Of a DNA stretch of 64,000 nt, positions 55,635 to 64,000 are shown one piece after another (position 1 is the first letter of the stretch; each line of letters starts with the position of its first letter). Source of the DNA: Fistulifera solaris. Lineage: Eukaryota. The notes below the pieces were generated by a model that was not told the DNA's origin, did no database searches, and saw only the letters and a program-made list of their open reading frames with translations. The translations under genes were made by a program, and so were the position numbers. Location of the stretch: NCBI GenBank assembly GCA_030295235.1, contig AP026172.1:248001-312000 (forward strand), given 5' to 3'.

Positions 55635-57318
55635 ATGATGAGGGCAGGTTTGAATCCTTTCTTGCGAGCGGCGTTAGTAATCTTGCTGCTGCTGTTTCTA
55701 TTGCAATATGTGAAAGCCTTTTATCTAACCGAAAGCAATCCTCGATCTTTTGAGAAGGGAGACACGTAAGTGAGACAACGATCGATGAAGCCGAGCTCCT
55801 GTTATGTCGTGACGCGTAGCTTCAATAGTTGTGCTGCGGAGATTTCCCACCCATTGTCATGTAGTGTCGCGCTATATTCAATCCTGTTTTCAATACTATT
55901 TGCCTTTCCTAAAATCGCTTCTAATCGCGTTTTGCATCGCCCACAGTGTTGCATTGAACGTCAACAAGATCACATCGACAAAGACTCTCTACCCAATGGA
56001 TCAGTACAGTCTTCCGTTTTGTCCCCCCATGGAGGGAGCGAGACTCATAGGTGGAAATTTAGGAGAATTTTTGTCTGGTGATCGTATTTTGAGTTCCCCC
56101 CTATCTTGTAAAAATGAAAACAGATATGTTCTGTGAACAGGTCTGCATGGCGAATCTGGGTCGCCTCGAGCAGAACGGACACGCGCTGTCGAAGCTTGTC
56201 AAGGCGATTCGCATGGACTACCATGCCAAATGGATCTTGGATAATTTGCCAGCCGCCAGCAAAACTGAGGATGAAAATCAGATTGAAACGCGTTACTGGC
56301 AGGGTATCCATCTTGGTTACATTGACAACGCAACCAACAAGGCCTACGTTTACAACCACGCTAACATCGAGGTCGGCTACCACGAAGTGGAAAGTGACCC
56401 AGGTCATTATCGGATCGTTCAATTCTCAATTCAACCATTCAGTATCAATCATGACTTAAAGCCTAATCTTGATCTTTTTTATTGAAGACGGACATTATCT
56501 TCCGTCCATAGTGAAGATCAACAACCCTATCGATTCCTGCGCTCTCAAATCGAATGTGAAGTGTAAACGGATATGTCACCGCGAAACTTTACAAGACCTT
56601 TGATGGATCGCAGCGACAGCGTGCGACGACTGCTGCGGCGATCGCCTTTCCTGGGCTTACCTTCTCCTTGTCTCTGATTTTGAATGCACTAGCACTTCAC
56701 ATCAGGTCGACCTATGCGATTCCGTTTACATACATGCTCATTTTGGTTGGCCTTTGGCTCGGTATTGCCACTCCGCTGGTATTCTTAGGCGCTTCTTTAG
56801 GCTACAAGCATGATATGATTGTGTTTCCTGTCGACACAAGCAGTACTTACCGTCAGATTCCGGACCAGCCTTGGTTTATGGGACTACCCGTCACCGAGGC
56901 AGTCGCTGGTGTTCTTTCCTTTGCATCCTGTTTTGTCGAACTACACTTCATTTTCACGGCGTTGTGGATGGACTGCTACTACTACGCGTATGGCTTTCTT
57001 CTGCTGGTCTTCCTGATCCTTGTCACCACATGCGGGCTAGGTACTATTCTACTAACCTATTTCCAACTCTGCAAGGAGGACTATCATTGGTGGTGGCGCT
57101 CATTTTGCAACGCTGGGTCTCTCGCTATTTATGTTTTCATTTACTCCATCATCTATTGCTACAATCAGCTTGAGGCAAATGCTCTTGCGTCTTACCTTAT
57201 TTATTTTGGTTTCATGGCTTTCTTCTCGACAGGCTTGTTCATGATGATGGGTTCCATCGGAGTTTTTAGCTCTTTATTGTTCAATCAGAACCTTTTCTCT
57301 ACAATCAAGATTACATAA
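55635..57318 (+). pseudogene. TM9SF/EMP70 nonaspanin with a large internal deletion and frameshifts
   Basis: Signal peptide-AFYL, VNKITS, LPFC, NLGEFLSGDRI, DNLP and YNH motifs. The sequence then jumps near 56560 to NGYVTAKLYKTF. C-terminal RQIPDQPW, FVEL, EDYHWWWRSF and IKIT are present. Confidence 0.7.
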
Positions 57319-57592
57319 AATTTTTAAAATGAAATTTAATTTTGCTAAAGAGAAATTCCAGTCGTACCTAGAGGTCAAGCCCTGTTACGTGTCTTTGGCA
57401 TTGTTGCGTAGCTGTCTCTAGTTCGATGAACCAAATGGTAAGACGAAACGCCAGTACCTGATACGAACACTTCATCTCGATCGGTACGCTACTCTACAAG
57501 CTAGCAATTTTCTAGCGTACTTCGTCCTGACGTAGCAGAAACAATCGCGGTTGAACGAAAATTCTAGCGTCAAGACTGAACAACATTGAACG

Positions 57593-58733
57593 CTATGCCC
57601 GACGACCCAACATTTCTTGTTCCATGTACTTGACAATCAAAGGATGATAGACATCTGCGGTAACCTTACTATCACGCGATACTTGATACCGATCAAAGTC
57701 AAGAACCGGAATATTGAATAATCGTGCTACGGGAAGCAACGGTGACAAGTATTCAATCATCACGTCGTTCGTACTTTCCGTCAAAAAGGAAATATGATTG
57801 GGAGCGTCGGGTCGATCGTAGACAATGGCAGCCCTTTTGGGGATGGGTTGATTCATAATAGTGCCTTCGGGAAGACGAATTACATCCGAGGGAATCGCAT
57901 TTGGACTCGACAAGAACCGGTTGGCGAGACCATCCCCATGGAAGTCACCAAAAGATAATTGCCCTTCAAGGGGCTTCCATCCCGTTGTCGAGTGAAACCC
58001 GAAATAAAAACACGCGCCCAAGAGTCATCACCGGTCTGAATTGCTGTTCCACAACCTAATGAATGACCAATGATACCGTACGCTGACGCTCGTATGTTCC
58101 AGTCCTTCTGTAGAGCCTCCAACAACGCATCCGTATTACCTTTCGATCCAGTCCGGGCACTGGATCGTAAGAAGAAGCCAACGACTCGGGATATTCGGCT
58201 GCTACACAAACAAAGCCTCGACTGGCCAATACTTCGGCCAAGTGCGATAAATCAAAGCGACTTCCGAGATAGCCGTGTGCTAGCAAAATGATCGGCATCT
58301 TTTGGCAAGGGTAGGAGAGTGCACTACCATCGACCACATAATTTCCCGTCGGCTGTAGCATATAATCACTAGCGAAAAACCGAGGAATGTTCCATTGAGC
58401 GAGCATTTGACCGATTTTGCGTACCGAAATTCGATGTTCGTACGTCGGTTTGGTGGGAGTGAAGTCTTCTTTCGTATCGGATAAGGGAAACCAACACGCC
58501 ACCGGGACCTTGGTGTTGTATTCAGGTATCGATAGTGATTGCGATTTGTATGCTACGGTAAACGGGGCGGTCGCTGGAGTCACTTGGCTCTGCAAAGCCA
58601 GGGCCGGCAAAGCGGTGAACGCCAAGATCGTTGTCGAGAGATCTCGTAGAAACATTTTCCTCGTCGCTACTGATGATAGGGCGTCAGAACGGGCTACTAA
58701 GCAAAACAAAAGGAGGGCCAAACACTTATGCAT
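57593..58733 (-). CDS. Alpha/beta hydrolase (PAF-AH/chlorophyllase-like) with targeting presequence
   Basis: LAHGYLGSR...LASRGFVCVA; GHSLG nucleophile; MGDG; PNHISF. Frameshifts near 58142 and 57935. Confidence 0.8.
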
Positions 58734-59215
58734 ATGATATACAAAGTTATGAATAAAGATGCGATCTCATTGTCTTCTTATTCCGCAAGAACCGCCACTT
58801 TTCATGAGGTGATTAGGTGAAAAAGTTTGTGGCTTCATTTGCTGCAGTTTTGCAGCCGACGAATGCCACGTCCACTTTTCAATTCTCTAAAAGCTTCACT
58901 ACTGTATGGATCTCAAAGATAATTTCAGAAGTCGTACCGCGTTCAGACGTGTGAGGGCTCGCGCTTCTCGCTTTTTGAACTTTCTGAGCCTTAATTCTCT
59001 CGATCTCCGCCTCTGCATTATTATTTATTGAGACACTTATCGTCATCATTCTTGTAAAAATAAATTGACAGAACCTCCATTAAAAGCAAACAGAAGCAGT
59101 CTACCCTCCCTTTACTTCTATAAAGCGTAAAGAAAGACTATCACATTTTGAGAGGTGCTCAATCGAGGGGAAAACCACCCAACAAAATAATCGTTTCAAA
59201 AAGGCATCCACGAAA

Positions 59216-60396
59216 ATGACTTCTCTGGCACCTCCACCATTTCCCACTCCCGTCTATTTGTCGGCGCGGAGAATCACGGGATATGTACTCACTGAAATAC
59301 CTCGCGACGAGCAAGCCATGGCACCACCAACTCTAGAAAGAAGAACGTCCGTGGCGGGTAACATATTGCTCCTCGAGGATCAAGGAGAGACGACGAGAGC
59401 CTATTCGTTGCAACGCAAAATTAAAGATTCTTCCATGCATAGTTCCGTACGAGTGGGATTTGAGTTGAATTTGTTACCCGAGGTTGGGCCGGCCATGTAT
59501 GAACTTGTTCCGGATGGACAATGTGACAGATTGGAGAACGACGACAATGAAAGGAAATACAAAATGGTGTCTGTCAAAGTATTTTCATTGCAGGAAGAAT
59601 CCAACGAAGAGACAACGAATGAAGTTGCCGCTCTGCAGTGGATTACAAGCTCGGGAAAAGAGAGTCATCATTTACAGGGGCCTGTTGTCGTCGGAAAAGA
59701 TGCCACGCATATTTATATGATAACGCCTTATCACAAGGAAGAATCGCTGTTTGACTATTGCGGCCGAATGGGTCGATTGAGGGAAGACCAGGCTCGATGT
59801 TTCTTTCGTCACATTCTTCAGGTGCGTATTGCCACCATTATTGGTCTTTCGCTTCTTTGTCGACCCCCTTATACTGTTCTCTACTTTAAGGGTTTGGAAG
59901 AATTGAAAAATTTGGAAGTTTGTCATCGGGGACTTGATTTGGATAGTATTCTTCTCAAAGGAGCAACTTGTACATTTTCGAATTTTGAACATGCATTAAG
60001 AATACCTGTATCAGATGGACAAACCGCTGTGATACGCTCGCAAGAGCCACATGGGAAGAATCCTCAGAATGTTGCCCCGGAACTTCTCAAAAGTGAACCA
60101 TTTGATGGAAATGCTGTCGATTTATGGTCGGCTGGTGTCATACTGTTCCAGATGCTGTTAGGCTGTATCGCACTTTTGATGCTCCAATCGCCGAGGATTC
60201 AAAGTACGATGAAATATGTATACGTTCTGATTTGAAAGGTGCGCTGCAGCGGTGGATGCCAAATGACCAACATCCTTTGAGTGCTGAAGCAATTGATTTA
60301 TTGAAAGGAATGCTCAAGGCGGATCCTCACAAGCGATTGACACTTCCCGGAGTACAAAATCACCCGTGGGTGATGGCTGACAACAAGAGAACTTGA
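59216..60396 (+). CDS. CAMK-like protein kinase homolog with degenerate catalytic motifs (pseudokinase)
   Basis: VSVK, NEVAALQ, ARCFFRHILQ|GLEEL, HRGLDLDS, NFE, APE and DLWSAGV motifs. Intron 59822-59890; frameshift near 60175. Confidence 0.8.
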
Positions 60397-61267
60397 CGCT
60401 CTCTCCAGGGAATGAAACAGAGTAGCGCAGCCTTGCGCTCTCTATGCAATGGTAGCTGGAGTTCAGAGTTCAGTACTCAGCAGATGGCCGCTGATGGCGG
60501 GATCTGGAATTTCATCAATTTCTTGTCAATTGATTCAAACGAAAGCCTAAACTAGGGCTACTAACAACTTACAACCTTTACGAGCCAACTCTACATCCGT
60601 AGTCACAAGTTTGACGAGTTGAAGATATCTAGTCGCCACATAGCTCTTAAAGGTTTGACCGTTCAGTACAGAGAACCAATAGCTGGAAGCGTGACATGAG
60701 ATATGGACTTGAGCGAGACGTGGGACTGGGACTGGGATCGTAGACTCTTAGACTAGGGACTAGACACTCGAGACTAGAAACGAGAGAGTATTATTGACAC
60801 TAGACACTACCAGACTCTCGACGCGCAACAATTGACAAGTTCAAGCGATTGGTCTACTTATTTCTTTGTACGACATACAGAGTGCTGGTAAGTGGTGACA
60901 GGTAACACGCAAGCAAGATGTCACACCCGTTTCCGAAAGAATCATTAACCACAAGCCACAAGCGGCAACTCGCAATCCAGCCTGTTTGGTGTCTTGTACT
61001 AGATACCTTCAGGATGATCAATAACAATTCATACCTGGCACCTGGTACTTGTTAGTTGTAGCTTATGAATCATAACTCAGCGTTGGAAGCCAGGTCCTAA
61101 CTGTGTTGCGCAATGCGTCGATACGAATGTCACTGGTGCCGATAGAGGGGTAAGTTGCTATCTGAGACGAAGATCTGTTTGGTGAAATTATACATGCCCG
61201 ATTTCTCTCACGGTCGATTGATGTCTATTGGTGATTCCAGTGCCCCCGACGTTCTCTTTATTGCGTC

Positions 61268-61809
61268 TTGGAAGATGGATCCGATCCGTCAATTGGTGTC
61301 CCTGGAGTAAAGTGCTCCATTTGTTCTCCGGCTACTTGTGAACGCAGGGCTTTTGCGATCCGAAGCGTGGTTGCTACTACATCTACATCCACGTTCCTGC
61401 TTCATTTCCAACCAGTGCCCCGTCTCATTTGGCAACCAGTGACCCGACCTTTTGGCCGACCAATGCACCAACCCATTCGCCGACTAGTGCGCCCACCACC
61501 AAAGCACCAATTGCGACTCCGACAACCTCCGCGCCAGTGGTGATTGAACCAACAACCGCAGCACCAGTTCTCTTCAGGGAGTCTACATTATCATCATCAG
61601 AGGCTCCAATCGAGCAAGATAAATGTGAAGGATCAAATATTTGCAGCGCGGAGCTCGACTTGCTTATTAGCCGCCTTATTTCTTTTCGACGAGAATTTCG
61701 AATTCGAGTGTACTTTGTGCGGCGACCAACTTACCCTGGGAAGGACGTTAAAATTCTGCCTCCCAGTACAAGATTCTACCTAGCGTCTACAACGAGGCAG
61801 AAAATTTAA
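61268..61809 (+). pseudogene. Fragmentary Pro/Thr-rich (PTxAPT) secreted-type gene remnant
   Basis: PTNAPTHSPTSAPTTKAP stalk flanked by Cys-containing fragments in different frames. No clean start or signal peptide. Confidence 0.35.
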
Positions 61810-62094
61810 CGCCGTTCCCTGGTACTTTGTACGTTTGTACGGAGTACGGGACAAGTACCTACCGGTACCGGGTACCGGAACCTCCTCTGGACTATTATAG
61901 GTCCTTGCCTCTGGATGATATACGTCGCTCCCGGCCGTTGCTAGCTTTGTCGCACCGTTATTTCGACCTGCTCCGCAACGCGCATCCTTTTCGTTCTTAT
62001 ATTATTCATTCGCAAAGAACCGTCACTTTGATGAATTATTTGACGACTAATACGGAGTAGGACAAATAGCAGATTGAACCAACTACACACAAAA

Positions 62095-62916
62095 ATGACG
62101 ACAAGCAAAGACACCCGGGAAGTTACTTTGATCAGCTCCGACAAGCAAGAATTCAAATTATCGGCCGAAGCTGTCAAACTCGCTCGTATGGTGCGTTCTT
62201 GTTGTCTATCGCTTGTCGTGCAGCGGTTGTCGCGTTCTCATCAATCCTTGCTTCCGACAGGTCGCTTCCTCTCTCAATTTGATTCAGGAGGATGACGATG
62301 GCGACGAGGATGACACAGCAGCGGAACTGGATCCGCTTGAATTGTCGCGTGTCGAGGGATCCGTCTTGGCCAAGGTCGTCGAATACCTATCCCATTACTT
62401 GGAAGAACCGATGAAGGAAATTCCGCAACCGCTAGGAGGAACCACTTTCAATGAAGTGAGTTCATTTGTAACGCAAAGGAATTGTCGCAGTATTTTGTGT
62501 TGTTGATGACACGCTCTCACTTTCTTCATTGTTTTCTATGCATTTCTGCAGGTCATGACACAGGAATGGTATCAAACCTATGCTTATGGCATGTCGGACG
62601 AGCTTTTGTTTCAAGTTCTGACGGCCGCGAACTATATGGAAATTCAGCCATTGCTCGACTTGGCTTGTCTGCGCGTGACATTCCAGTTGCAAGGAAAGTC
62701 GGCCGAAGAGGTAAGTCTGATGTTGGTCGCGGAGAAAGATCTCGTCACTATCCAGCTCGTCGACTAACGCTAAGTTCGATCATCTTTTCAATATATATAT
62801 TTGAACGGTCTGAACTACAACAGATTCGCGCGATTCTAAACTTACCAAAGTTGACGCCAGAGGAAGAAGCTCGTGCTCGGGAAGAGCATCGTTGGGTGTT
62901 TGAAGAGACTAGCTAG
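62095..62916 (+). CDS. SKP1: SKP1 (SCF adaptor)
   Basis: VTLISSD, VEGSVLAKVVEYLSH, QEWY, LTAANYMEIQPLLDLAC and GKSAEE|IR...TPEEE...W motifs. Three introns (~62191-62260, 62456-62551, 62711-62823). Confidence 0.92.
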
Positions 62917-63470
62917 AGGATCTACAGATGAAACCTTTATACTATTTCTACCAATCAAAAAAATCTGTCGTCCTCCCTTTATTGAGCCAACATCGTCACA
63001 GATACATGATGGAAAAGTCGATTTTACAGAAATCAAAGAAATTATACGATCTTCGACTATTTTCATCGTGTATGTATCATAAGCTGATTGCTTCCATCGA
63101 ATTTACTAGTCTTTACATCTAGATTCGAAAGGTTAAATAATGAGATTCGAGTTACATCTCCGAGAAAATCGGGATGATGATCCGGGATTGGGTCCATCCG
63201 TGGTCCGTAAGGTGCGCTCAAACCACGAACCACACAAGCAACAGAGTGCCGCGGTAACATGTACTTAAATTTGTAGAGTATTTTACTCGCGGAAGATTTT
63301 AAGTACTTTTTCCCGCCACTTTTCAAAGTGGGCAAAGACTGCTGCTATTTGCTATTCCTTCGCACTCGTGCTGTCACGATGGATTTTCTCGAGCTCATTT
63401 TGACCCCAGCAGGGCAAATCCATTTCCAAACAAACAATTTTTTTTCCTTTGAAATCCTATCATTTCTAAC

Positions 63471-64000
63471 ATGCAGTCAGAAGAAGAATTCAAAATCGTC
63501 CTGCGCGGTTGTGACGATGTCAAGGTCGAGATTGATGCGAAAGTTTGTGAACCTTCCGAGTTCCTCCAAAACCAGCTCGAAGATATCGAAAATGCAGATG
63601 TTGGCGAGATCTCTGTGCCCAAAGTCGAGGGTGCTATTCTTGAACTTATTGTCAAGTTCCTGAATCATCATGCGGAGGAGCCGTTGATCAAAATCAACCA
63701 CCCCATTGAAGGCGATACGGTGGAAGATGTAAGTTCATCTGAAGCATAGCAAAGCTTCAGACCCGCAAAACTCATATCGCATTCCCTTTTGCGTTTATAG
63801 GTCGTGAAACAAGAGTGGTACGCTACATTCATCAACGAGTTGCATGAAAAAGTTGTCTACAAGTTGCTCTTGGCGGCCAACTTTATGCACATTCAGCCGC
63901 TTTTGGATTTAGTCGTGCTTCGCATTGCTTGGCTTTTTTCGAAAAAGTCTCCCGATGAGGTACGTCTCTTACAAAAGAACAGCGTGATGGAATTGCAGAA
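63471..64000 (+). CDS. SKP1: Second, divergent SKP1 paralog (3'-partial)
   Basis: VPKVEGAILELIVKFLNHH, QEWY, LLLAANFMHIQPLLDL and KSPDE motifs. Intron 63729-63800 and a further donor near 63960. Confidence 0.88.

Overview
Compact, intron-containing eukaryotic genomic DNA, most likely from a pennate diatom. The evidence is an LHC/FCP gene with an ASAFAP-type bipartite presequence, short GT-AG introns of about 70-110 nt, diatom-style RxLQ secreted proteins and a helicase-less Dicer. About 30 protein-coding loci are present: ABCG 3' end, LHC, bromodomain-PWWP protein, class 3 lipase, bZIP, bHLH, a large secreted Pro-Val-repeat protein, an INO1-PfkB-HMG triple fusion, histidine acid phosphatase, CUE protein, EGF/Ig-like membrane protein, SAM methyltransferase, PX-AGC kinase, DBP2, Elongin A-like protein, SEC13, RING protein, EF-hand PPP phosphatase, Dicer-like protein, PLAC8, an internally deleted TM9SF, alpha/beta hydrolase, a pseudokinase and tandem SKP1 genes. 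About 20 frameshifts sit at homopolymer runs and look like assembly errors. No rRNA, tRNA, CRISPR or intact transposon was recognised. The most notable observations are: (1) a myo-inositol-phosphate synthase fused to a PfkB kinase that carries an inserted HMG box; (2) a structured DBP2 intron with a candidate poison exon whose 5' splice site is buried in a hairpin; (3) a Dicer with a catalytically dead RNase IIIb domain and a hydrophobic hairpin ahead of PAZ; (4) an Elongin A-like protein with TFIIS-N nested inside its Elongin A domain; (5) palindromic tandem arrays in promoter regions. All domain calls come from motif recognition by eye; no database searches were run.
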